Source: Dimorphilus gyrociliatus (Eukaryota > Animalia > Annelida). Taken from it: a DNA stretch of 64,000 bases. Made by a program: the position numbers and the translations under genes. Where the stretch lies: contig CAJFCJ010000003.1 of the NCBI GenBank assembly GCA_904063045.1, forward strand, positions 62,001 to 126,000. The letters run 5' to 3'. Under the pieces are notes generated by a model. It was not told where the DNA came from. It saw only the letters and a list, made by a program, of their open reading frames with translations, and ran no database searches. This document shows positions 1 through 10,742 of the stretch, piece by piece; position 1 is the first letter of the stretch, and each line of letters opens with the position of its first letter.

Positions 1-823
1 ATAATTCTGGTAGTTTGGAATTATCCAGATGTTTTTCAACAAGTCCTAGTGTTCCCGATTATTGGTTTAGTGGAAGGACTGGAACATTTTTGGCTCCAAA
101 TGATTGTCCTGCAGGTTGAAAACGAATATTAAATTTTTAAATGTTCACTTTTGTAAATTAAAAATCTTTTATATCGCTTCAACAGAAGATCCAAACGCAG
201 GTGGCGATCCTCATTTCTTGCAAAAAGTATTCGATGGGAAAACTAAACAGTTGACAAACATTTGCTATGACGTGTTTGCAGAAAGCAACGAACTCATTTC
301 TATTCTCCATGATAACTTAACCAATTCAGACGTTCAAGGTGTCCTAAAAGACGACTACTATATGCATCAGATTATAATTAGATACAAAGGCGGATTGATT
401 GTCGTTGATTCATCATTTATTATGTTGAACAACCACAAATTGGAATGGGCTGTATCTAAATACAATTTCGACAATTTAGTAATCGCAGTGTCAAAAAGAG
501 AAGTGTCTATTCAGACATCGTACAAAAATTTCAAGCTGACTACAATAGTTCGCCGAGAATTCAAACAACATACCGGCTCTTTTCTCAATGTCTTTTTCGA
601 GGGCATGGACGCGTTTTCTGGCCGATACAATGGCCTAATAGGAGATATTGGAAAGAGGAAATATATTATAAATGATGGTATCCAATCGAATGGCAAAAGT
701 GTTTGGCTTGATGGTGATACGATTATAGAAGGCAGGGTTACTAAAAGATTTTCAAGTGAATGTATTCTTCTACCAGTAAACCAGTTGTTGCATCCAAAGA
801 AACTATCCGATTATGTTTATTAA
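1..823 (+). CDS. 3' end of a gene with an inter-alpha-trypsin inhibitor heavy chain C-terminal-like (GDPH) domain; 5' part lies outside the window
   Basis: Open frame 3-114, GT..AG intron 115-185 (phase 1), terminal exon 186-823. Spliced ...NDCPAEDPNAGGDPHFLQKVFDG...NICYDV resembles the ITIH C-terminal GDPHF...LCF/Y pattern. The ORF-track start at 104 is not the real start. Confidence 0.65.
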
Positions 824-2559
824 AAACATTCATCTTTTCTATGGCCAATTATATAATCTATCGTCAAGCCCAAATAATTTTACATAATTTCCTCTTCCAC
901 GTGAGAATTGTTGAACGATGGCATTAGCAGTAATTCTTCCAACCCATACAATAGTAGTTTGTTGAGAAGAGAAGAGAGATATTCCAAGAAAATGACTAAC
1001 TTTTCAATGGAACGGCATTTTGTTAAGTGAAACATCACGTCTTATTATATAAATGTTGATTAATTCACTTGAATTCAGTTGATAAATGCTAACCTTTGCT
1101 CTTCTACCATAATTTCAGTATCGTTTTGCTGTTCTTCTCGTTCCGTCATTGTAGTCAAATGTGGTAAAATGAATAATAAATTAGGGTGGATTGGAAACGT
1201 AAAATGTTAAATTTTTTTTCCCGAGTTCTGGTGTTGACTATAAAATGTTTTACCATGCGAAATAATCACGATTTTCATTTCCAAGTTGTCATTAACGGCT
1301 CATTAACACATACGAGAAAGTTAATTGCTACTGCAAAGATAGAGAGAAAAAGTTACGGTGTACGTTTCATAAGTTTTAAGACCAGTATCATTTTCACATA
1401 AGTTATATACACTTTATATACTTAGGTGCACAGGAGTTAAGACTAGATATACTACCAGTTGGTGTATCCCTTCCTGCATTGTTCTTTTCTTATTCGTACT
1501 AAAGGATGAAAGTAATAATTGAAATTATTTTGTATTTGAATGGCATATAGTGTAGCCTGGATAATCAAGGAATTACGCTATTATTACAAGTATTATTTAG
1601 TAAGATGGCCGTCGGTTAATCCTATCTTTCTAAAACATTTCCACCAAGAGAAGAGATGATAAATAGTTGACAATAGCTTTTGTTGAAATATATTTACTGT
1701 TATGAGTAGTCATTTGATTGGGTAGGTAAATTTCTGTGGATTGTTATGAAGAGAAGCTCAAGGAGAGAGGATTTTTGATTGATTAATTTTCATAGTCAAC
1801 CTACATTTGCATAACATTATAGTTTCATGGCCAACAGGAATAGTTCCTTGTTTTTCAATAGTGTATCAAGAAAATAAGAGAGAGGGGACACTGTAATATT
1901 GTTTGCATATTCTGCAACTTTATTCAAGATGACATATATAATATAATAATTGATGGGCGTGTGAACAGTTTTTGTTACAACGTTCGTAGGAAAGCCAAAA
2001 CGATTCCTTTCAAATATCCGGTAAATGTCTATCAGTATAGTTTGTCTTTGAATTAGTATTATCAGTAAAAATCAAATTTTGAAGCACCGAGTTGAAATGG
2101 AAACTTGTACGAAAGAAGATGGAAGAAGAGGTCGAATGGACAGAGAGAGAGAGAGAGAAGAACGACGCTCTACTAAAACCTTTTAAGAACGTTCAATATA
2201 CATTTTCAAATTGTCTCAATAAACATCTGTAAAGGGGCAACTAATTGGTATTTAATGCAAAAAAAGTAAAGGTAGCTAACTGAGTTTTGTAGAACTTGAA
2301 AATGTATCTGATTAAGAATTAAAATTGTATAAGCAAAAAGTAGCTTATTCAGTGTAATGAATCTGTTAAAAGTATGGATAATATCTTGCAAAGCGTTTTA
2401 AGAGATTATCACCTTTTTTTAGAAAATCGCTTAAAAGGGTTAATACATTTTTAATTGTTGACTTAAAAATGAATGCATAAAACAATTGAGCAATCTGAAC
2501 AGAGAGGGAAATTGAGGGACAAGGAGAGAGAGAAGGGAAGAAAGGAGATAGCGTTGAAA

Positions 2560-3627
2560 ATGATCAAGTTAACAGGATCATTAGTCTGTATGTTATATCT
2601 TCAAATAATGATTGCTAAAGTGGAGTTAACGGCAGATCGTAATTTTCACATTGCTGTCAATAATAAAGTTGGGACTATTCCAATGATACAAAAAATAACA
2701 CAAATAAATGTGAATATAGTAGAATCAAAATTTCCTTCGCAATATCTTTTAGAATATCACTCTGGAAATCTTAGATTGGACATGAATAGTTCAAGCTGTT
2801 TTACGCATCCAGTTCTCTGCTCTAATGGATTTTCAATATCTTTATGGTTATTTCTGCCTGACACGAATAACGAAGTTGTTATACTTGCGATGGAAACTTT
2901 GGAGTTTTCTTACAATCCAGTATCAAAGACAGTTTACGTGGTGGGTAATCTCTACCCTAATGTTAATGAATACTTTGTCGAAATGGAGGTGAAATACTTT
3001 GACGAGTGGCAATTCTGGAATATCGAATATAATCCATCTGACAGAGAGATTATTCTTAGGAGAAATCTGTTTGAGGAGAAGGTTTCCATCGTTAGGAACA
3101 AATCTCCGAAGGCACTTTACGGAAACATCATATCTATTGGTTTTCAATTCACAGGTAAAATGGACGATATATACTTTTGGAGTACGCGTCTGAGCATGGC
3201 TGATTTGATCGGGGTAAGAGATAGCGTTTTTCCCAGAGTGTCAAAGACCATAACAGAATGGAATTGTCTTTCTGACAAGTACGATAAGGCGTTTTTCGAT
3301 AATTCAATAGGGACATGTGAGACTGTTGGCAATGGTATAGTGAATATGTCGACTGGTTTTGTCGCCTCGCAATTCCGTGGTTTCGTCAGTTTTATAGATA
3401 AAAATGGAGGAAGCGAAAAAGTGAATTTCTATACTCAAATCAATCAAAACATTTACACATTATGCAAAAATATAACCCTAAATTCATATTTGAATCACAC
3501 TTTTCAATCCTTCAGTTGCGATTGTCCCGCAAAAAATTGCAGTGTATTGATGGAGACAAATAGTAACAACAACATTAATAGAAATAGTTTGCAAATATGT
3601 TCTGTAGTTTTTTACAGTTATGAATAA
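2560..3627 (+). CDS. Single-exon, probably secreted protein with a concanavalin A/LamG-like domain
   Basis: Long ORF (track 2473-3627). ATG at 2560 opens a hydrophobic signal-like stretch (MIKLTGSLVCMLYLQIMIA). SCFTHPVLCSNGFSISLWL and FTGKMDDIYFWSTRLS match LamG/pentraxin-like strand motifs. Confidence 0.6.
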   Translation: MIKLTGSLVCMLYLQIMIAKVELTADRNFHIAVNNKVGTIPMIQKITQINVNIVESKFPSQYLLEYHSGNLRLDMNSSSCFTHPVLCSNGFSISLWLFLPDTNNEVVILAMETLEFSYNPVSKTVYVVGNLYPNVNEYFVEMEVKYFDEWQFWNIEYNPSDREIILRRNLFEEKVSIVRNKSPKALYGNIISIGFQFTGKMDDIYFWSTRLSMADLIGVRDSVFPRVSKTITEWNCLSDKYDKAFFDNSIGTCETVGNGIVNMSTGFVASQFRGFVSFIDKNGGSEKVNFYTQINQNIYTLCKNITLNSYLNHTFQSFSCDCPAKNCSVLMETNSNNNINRNSLQICSVVFYSYE

Positions 3628-4351
3628 TGAAGAATGAATGAAGAAGAGATTGTGAGATAATCAATCACCAAGAGATAATTATAACAATAAGATTATATGT
3701 AGTGGAACAGTATATATGCAATGTGTGATGTCATTAAAAATGTATTAGAAAAGCATGCTCCGCTTGTTCATTTCAGAAGAGACAGTTGAAATTTATCAAC
3801 AAAAATATATAAAAACGTACAATTGGCTTTTCAGTTCGTTCTTATAGAAAGACAGTGTTGGGAGACGAAGAATAGCAACAGCAGCGCCAAGTAGCAATAG
3901 AGTTAGGGTTAGGCTTTTTGAAAGCAATATTGAATGCGGGGGAAGGGGGGCGGCTACTTTTTTTAATACTGATTACTTGCTATGTTCTAGTAGCGGAATT
4001 TTTCAGGTTAATTTATTTCTCTATTCTTCTTCTCTCTCATCTTCTTTCCTTATCATTTCAACGAAAATTTAATCCTTGCGAATGATTGAATTTACGTAAA
4101 ATGAAGTCCTTATTCTTTCAAATTGATGATTTATTATTTAAATCTTAAAGCAATTTACATGTTTTCAATATTTAAATAATCCAAAGGAACCTTCTCTTTA
4201 TTTATCTTTATATTATTGTTTGTCATTTTGTTCTAATCGAGAAGAAATTACGTAAATCGATAATCTTTTATTAGATATTGTTTATTATAAATATACATTT
4301 ATACACTTCTTTCTAATAACGAGAGGTTAAAATTTAGGTTGAAAAGAGCAA

Positions 4352-4386
<35 letters not shown>

Positions 4387-4548
4387 GACCGAGAAATAGA
4401 AGGTAACTAAAGAGACACCGAAAACTGTGACTATAAGAGCAAAGAGCTAATAAGTGACTATCTGGCCTATTAGTCATCTTAAATAGGAGTTTATATTTGG
4501 ACAGTTAACATTGAAAAGTAGGCAGGGAAGAGAGGAAAAAGATTAAAA

Positions 4549-5499
4549 ATGTCGATTGATGGATATTTTCTCCCAGTTCAGGATTTACAATGCGGAATTT
4601 GCACCGAATCATTTGTGAATAATGATCCGAGGATGTTACCCTGCCAGCACACTTTCTGTCTCAACTGCTTGCAAGGTCTGAAAGATAAGGGAAAGCATTT
4701 TTCACGAAATTCTTTCCTCTGTCCTGTTTGCAGGAAAAGCCACCAATGGCCCAATTCAGGAACAAAGGGCTTTCCCAAAAATCTACTTGCCACATCGCTC
4801 AAAGCAACATATCAATCAAAAACGACGGCCGTCTCATCGGCCAGCGAAAGAAATCTGGAGAATTGCCAGCGTCACTTTCAGCAAGCGATCAATCCGCTAA
4901 CCGTCTGTAAATCGTGTAGGCAAAAGAATTTGTGTTTAAAATGTCTAACGGAGCACGCAACTTGCAGCTTGGAGCCGTACGATAAATTCTCGCAAGAGTA
5001 CGACGAGAATAGGAAAAGGATACAGGAAAAGGTGAAACTCTACAGGGATAATATTAACGACGAGTTGAAATCACTATTGAGTCAGCTAAAGACTGCTTTC
5101 AACGACGTAACAAAGGTTGTTGAAGAGAATAAGAATAGGCTAGAGGGAGAGATAATGAAGAAATTGGGGTCATGTAAAGCCGAAGCAGATTCAATATTGT
5201 CCAAGCAGGAGAATGAATTTTCCGATTTAAAATCGGCCGAGGAAAAGATTGACATTCTTCTAAGTACGAAATTGACTTTTTATCCTAGTTTATCGTTGAG
5301 TATAGGAAGTTTACGTAGGGAGAGAGACAATGAGCAAAATCGTAAAGTGACCACTGGGGCCGGTTATTGGTCATCTTATTCCAATCGATTCGGTAGGAAT
5401 ATCCCATTTGATACAAGAGTAATATTGAACGGTTCTCCAGTCGGCTCCCAGTACTCTGAATCCTGTACTAGTTCGGAGACGGATAAGATGAAAAGTTGA
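4549..5499 (+). CDS. TRIM-like RING-HC / B-box / coiled-coil protein, intronless
   Basis: RING-HC C-x2-C...C-x-H-x2-C-x2-C...C-x2-C (CGIC...LPCQHTFCLNC...CPVC); B-box-like CQRH...CKSC...CLKC...H; then a heptad-rich helical region. Confidence 0.85.
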   Translation: MSIDGYFLPVQDLQCGICTESFVNNDPRMLPCQHTFCLNCLQGLKDKGKHFSRNSFLCPVCRKSHQWPNSGTKGFPKNLLATSLKATYQSKTTAVSSASERNLENCQRHFQQAINPLTVCKSCRQKNLCLKCLTEHATCSLEPYDKFSQEYDENRKRIQEKVKLYRDNINDELKSLLSQLKTAFNDVTKVVEENKNRLEGEIMKKLGSCKAEADSILSKQENEFSDLKSAEEKIDILLSTKLTFYPSLSLSIGSLRRERDNEQNRKVTTGAGYWSSYSNRFGRNIPFDTRVILNGSPVGSQYSESCTSSETDKMKS

Positions 5500-6400
5500 C
5501 CGAACTAATCTCCTATCGTTCTCGTCTAAAACAGTCGTATTGTAGAAGAGCCTTCCAGAATATTTCTCTCTTAGAAAAAGTACACCCAGTTTTTTTCCAT
5601 TGTCTTTGTTTTTTTCTCTCTAAATAAACTACACTTTAAAAAAGTCTAAATCATTTAATTCTAAATATTTCAACATATTTCCCTGAAATGTTGCAACTTG
5701 TTGAAAAAAATACAAACCATACTCAGCATACATAAATTTATGAGCGCCATACGCACACACATGACACATGTGTCGTTGGATGAGGGGTGAGGGATGAGAG
5801 AGAGAGAGAGAGGAAGGGAGGGAGAGAGAGAGATGGAGGGAGGGAGGAAGAGACAGAGAAGGAGAGAGAGATAAACAGATAGATAGATAGATAGACAGAC
5901 AGATAGATTGACAGACCGACGCGTAGATAATAATACAGAGGAGGAAGAGGAGGGCTGTTGTAAAATGTTTATTTAAATGAATGCGCAAGCATAGACTATA
6001 GATTGAAAAGATAAGGAAGTATTTTAATAATATAATTAATTAGAATGATAAGAGAGGAATGAAAAAGTTCTACATCTGTTGAAAATGATAAAAATTAAAA
6101 CGAACAAAGAGAATTAAAAAAAAATCAATGAAATAGTTTACTTATAAATAGATAATTGTTGTTTAGTTTACCCTTTGCAATTGGGAGACGTGTAAGCTAG
6201 CTTTATATTTCTTTGGCAAACAATCTTGTTTTTTAGGTTTAAAACTTATTATTGAATTCTGTTGGCAATTGTTTTGCTCTGCAAATATTTTCCATTTAAC
6301 AAACTAACGAAATAAACAAATAAATTAAGGTTTGTATTTTATTGTTTTCTAGTCGCCATCTTATTTGTTTCTATTAGTATTATTAATTCCTGAGTATAGG

Positions 6401-7752
6401 ATGTCGAACGACGAAGAAGTCTTATTCGATTTGGACCAGTATGAGGAAAAAGCGAAAGAGATGATTGAAGACAACTTCATTAGGAGATACATCTTTGAAG
6501 GGGCCGACTTCGACCAAGGAATTCGTAGGAATAGAGAAGCTCTTAAAGAGTATTTATTAAAATACAATACATTAATAACGTATAAATTATTATTGTTTCT
6601 CCAATTGAAAAGCATCCTTCTCTATCCGAGAGTATGCAGAGGTTTGGCCAAGAAAAGAGACCTGTCGACGAAAATTCTAGGGCACGAAATCTCTCTTCCC
6701 ATAGGCTTTTCGCCAACAATGTGCCGTTCGTGGATTCAACACGACGGAGAATTGGCAGCCGCCGAAGTTGCCATAGAAATGAATTTTCCATTTTGCCTAA
6801 GTTTCGTTGCCGAAACGCCTTTGGAAAGAGTGGCGAAATGCTACAAGCGGACGCCGAACTGCGTAAAATTTTTCGGTGTATCGCTCTACGACGAGGAGAG
6901 TCTTAGAGAAGTTGTCGACAGGGCTGAAAAGTGCAATTATCACGGTCTGGTGGTGACCGTCGATCATCCTTGCCACGGTAACAGGAGATTCGACAAGGAA
7001 GATCACGAAGAGTATAAACAATTCAGCAATATAACAATGCCCAATTTACCGAAAAAGATGCAGGAAGAGTTCAAAGACGAAAACGCCTCCTACGACCAAA
7101 GTCCACCGGAAACCTTTGAAGATTTGGCTATGTTAAAAAAAATGACCAAACTTCCAGTTATTGCTAAAGGTATCCTTAGACCAGAGGATGCCCTAGCTTG
7201 CGTTAAAGCTGGTATTGACGCAGTTTGGGTGTCGAATCACGGTGGTAGACAATTGGGCGATTGTCCCGCAACTGTAGAACTCTTGCAAGATATAGCTCCA
7301 GTTCTCAAGGGCTCTGGAGTCGAATTGTACATCGACGGAGGATTTCGACACGGCGCCGACGTGCTGAAGGCTCTGGCAATTGGTGCAAATTGCGTTTTCG
7401 TCGGTAGGCCAGTTTTAAGCGGATTGGCCGTTAATGTAAGTAAATTACATCATAAAGAGAAATTCTTATCATTCGCTTCTTTGCCAATCAAGAATTTCAT
7501 TCTTGTTGTAAATTATAATCATAATAATTATTATTATCAAACTTGATTCCACTTGCCTGATTAACTATTAATTTTTCTCTTTTTCTCTTTTTTCTCTCTT
7601 TCTTCCTTCCTTCCTTCCTGGAAATTCTTTAGGGAAAAGATGGAATTGAAGAGTCAATGAAACTAATGAGAAAAGAGTTGGATATAGCGATGGCATTGTG
7701 CGGATGTAACAGCATTTCAGATATAGATAGCAGCGTACTCTGGTCAAAGTAA
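6401..7752 (+). CDS. FMN-dependent alpha-hydroxy-acid oxidase (HAO/glycolate oxidase family), copy 1, 363 aa
   Basis: Exons 6401-6549, 6613-7435, 7633-7752 with GT..AG introns. Motifs VSNHGGRQL, TVD, IAKG, YIDGGFRHGADVLKALAIGA, VGRP. Ends VLWSK*. Confidence 0.93.
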
Positions 7753-8009
7753 TTGGTCTACACCAAGATCCTGATCAGTATCAATAAAAGGAGAAAACAA
7801 TTCTACATTGGTAGAAAATCAGAGAAAAAAGAACAAATTAGTCTATTCGTTCTAAAGCTTATAATAAAAAAACGTTAATGAAATAAATTCAATAGGCTTA
7901 TCGTTGGTTTCGTAGTTAGATATCTTTTCTTTCTTTGCGTATATTCATATTCATATTCAAACTCAGTCATGCATTGATTCGTTCGTTCAGTCGTTTATTC
8001 AATTATCCA

Positions 8010-8110
8010 TGCACCCATCCATGCATCCAACCGTCTATCCATCCATCCATCCATCCGTCCAACTGTCCGTCCATTCGTTCGTCCATCTATACATCTAACC
8101 TTCATCCAGT
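8010..8110. repeat. (CCAT)n-type degenerate microsatellite
   Basis: Tandem catc units. Produces the spurious HPSI ORF 7935-8201. Confidence 0.85.
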
Positions 8111-9152
8111 CATTCATCTAGTCATCAATCTATCCATACATTCGTCGAGGCAACCAGTGAATCGTTGGATTATTCAATTTTTTCCTTCTTTCTTCAAATA
8201 GGAGAAAAAGATATAAAAAAGGGGAGAAGCAAAAGGGAATGGATGGAGATTGACGGGAGAGGGATGATGGGAAGAAGAATTGCCTGTCTTTTTGAATCTA
8301 TGATTTTCAAGAGTTTGAATAAGGAATATATTGTTGTCTGTGTTGTGGGTAGTATGTAGTTTATTTGAAGATTTTATATAAAGCAAAAATATAGAATATA
8401 TGTAAGGGTTGTGTTAACGAGCTGATTACTGCATAAAGAGTGAATTATTGCTATTTTATTATTCGATTCAAAGGTAAAAGGTAACCTTTTAGTTTTAGAT
8501 TAGACAACTGAATTGAATGTGATTAATCGATTTATTTAATTCAATGTACTACTATGTTTTAGCATAGATGAAAATGATGTTTATTTCTACGAATTGACGG
8601 TTAAATTGGGGTTTGTTTTCAAGTTGTTTAATGTGATAGAACAACGGCGTCGTTTTGTTTATTTCGTGTATAAATGAAAGAAAAATAAAAGAGTCGAAAA
8701 GAGAGAATGTAAAGTCTATATGACGAAAAAGATGTAAAAATGTAGGATTGACGAGCTTGTTCAACAACAACAGATTGCTTTACGTATAGAATAATAATAA
8801 ATAATAAATTGCCGTGTAGTTAAAAAATATGATTATTAATCGAATTGAATTAGTGATGAAATAATTAATATAGTTAATGAACGATTGAACAAATGAATGA
8901 ATGAATGAATGATTCATTGATTTTTGCGCTTTACATTTCGAATGAAATGTAATTTAAAAATATATTCAGATTTTCCAATGTTATATTGAATTATATCATT
9001 TCTATTTTGGCTGTTTGTTTGCTTTATTTTTTATATTATTTTAATGGAGAATGGAGAATAATAGCAATAAAAAAAGAATATACTTGTTATTATTTTACTA
9101 GTGAAAATTGCGTTGGACTGTTTACTTCATCAATGATATCGTTCTACTAAAC

Positions 9153-10391
9153 ATGGATAGAATTATTATCAAGGGACAGTCTAATTTGAACGGTAGAATT
9201 AGCGTTGCCAAATCTAAAAGTTCTTCTCTCGCTCTTATGGCGGCTAGTGTACTTTCCAACGAACCGATAACTCTGATCAATCTACCTAGAATACATGATA
9301 TTTCGGTCATGAAGGGTCTGCTAGAAAGCGTTGGCGTCGTTATCGAAGAGCAGGGAGAATCAACAACCTTTAACGCCTCTAATCTCGTTACGAACGAAAT
9401 CTCAACTGACGCGACCTGGGCGTCTATTTATCTACTAGGTCCTCTGCTGGCCCGCACTGGAATTGTGAAAATTCACCGTCCCGGAGGTGGTGCGGTAGCT
9501 AATAGAGATGTTGATCTAACTTTAAACAATATGGAAAATATGGGCGCCAACGTTTACATGGAAAATGCTTACGTTAAAGCCACCGCCACCAGGATTGTTG
9601 GCAAGAATATTGCGCAACATTTTCCGTCGGTTGCCGCTACGTTTAACACAATCATAACCGCAATGATCGCCGACGGCAGGACTGTCTTGGAAAATGCGGC
9701 AAAGGATCCGGAAATAGTCGACCTGGTAGCCTTTTTAAACCTCATGGGAGGGGTAATTCAGGGATCGGGTATGGATAAAATTATCGTCGATGGAACGTCA
9801 ATAAAACAACTGAAAGGCGTCGAATACGAACCAATACCAGATTATATAGAGGCAACGGCGTTTATCGTTAGTGGACTGATTACTCAGTCGGAAATAACAA
9901 TAGACGAAATTGACCCTAGCCATTTGCTACCAATAACAAAGTTCCTGTTGAAAATTGGCGCAAAGTTTACAATAGGCACCGACTACATACGAACGTATAG
10001 GAAAAAGATATTTAGCGGTAATTTAGAGACGGCTCCCTATCCCGGCTTTCCATCCAACGCCCAACCCCTTCTCCTTGCACTCCTCACTCAGGCTCAGGGA
10101 AAGTCGATAATAACTGAGAATATAAACGAAAATAGATTTCACGTAGTAGCCGAAATGAGGCGGTTAGGCGCCGATATAGAATTGGAGGAGAAGAGAGCGT
10201 TGGTAAACAATTCCAAGTTGACAGGAGGAAAAGTCTATTGCGAGAATAGTATAGACGGTATGGCGTTAGTTTTAGCCTCGTTGGCGGTCAATGGAGAGAC
10301 GACTATCGAAAATGTAGAAATTTTGAAAAGAGGATTTCAAGATGTGATTGATAAATTTCAAGATTTAGGTGCCGATATAAGGATTGTTTAA
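9153..10391 (+). CDS. murA: Bacterial-type UDP-N-acetylglucosamine enolpyruvyl transferase (MurA) homologue, intronless, 412 aa, with substituted catalytic residues
   Basis: Collinear with MurA end to end: [58 protein letters not shown]-x2-ENRF, RLGADI, KRGF...LGADI. ATG at 9153 matches the MurA N-terminus; the track's TTG at 9108 is unlikely. Confidence 0.93.
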   Translation: MDRIIIKGQSNLNGRISVAKSKSSSLALMAASVLSNEPITLINLPRIHDISVMKGLLESVGVVIEEQGESTTFNASNLVTNEISTDATWASIYLLGPLLARTGIVKIHRPGGGAVANRDVDLTLNNMENMGANVYMENAYVKATATRIVGKNIAQHFPSVAATFNTIITAMIADGRTVLENAAKDPEIVDLVAFLNLMGGVIQGSGMDKIIVDGTSIKQLKGVEYEPIPDYIEATAFIVSGLITQSEITIDEIDPSHLLPITKFLLKIGAKFTIGTDYIRTYRKKIFSGNLETAPYPGFPSNAQPLLLALLTQAQGKSIITENINENRFHVVAEMRRLGADIELEEKRALVNNSKLTGGKVYCENSIDGMALVLASLAVNGETTIENVEILKRGFQDVIDKFQDLGADIRIV

Positions 10392-10429
10392 TGCGGTAAA
10401 GAGATTCCAATTGGATAGGAAGATAGATA

Positions 10430-10525
10430 GATGGATGGATGGATGGATGGATGGATGGATGGATGGATGGATGGATAGTTTGATTGACGGGTGAATGAAT
10501 GGGTAAATGGATGGATGGATGGATG
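10430..10525. repeat. (GGAT)n-type microsatellite just downstream of the murA stop
   Basis: Direct tandem gatg/ggat units. Confidence 0.9.
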
Positions 10526-10742
10526 AATGAATTCAGTATACGCAATCTTCTTTTGTCCATTTATTTGTTTATATTTAGAGTTTTTTTTCTTCTGTTTATT
10601 GAATGAAATAAAGTTGTTTGTAGATGACATGAATTGACACATTTTAAATAAAAATAAGAATAATAACAATAGTAAGATTCGCTATAATCAATACATAAAT
10701 AAAGAATAAATCATAATAATAACAAAATAAAATTCAAAGGGA

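Noticed and set aside
9108-9152. N-terminal extension of murA from TTG 9108
   Set aside because: MurA homology starts exactly at ATG 9153, which has a good Kozak-like context.
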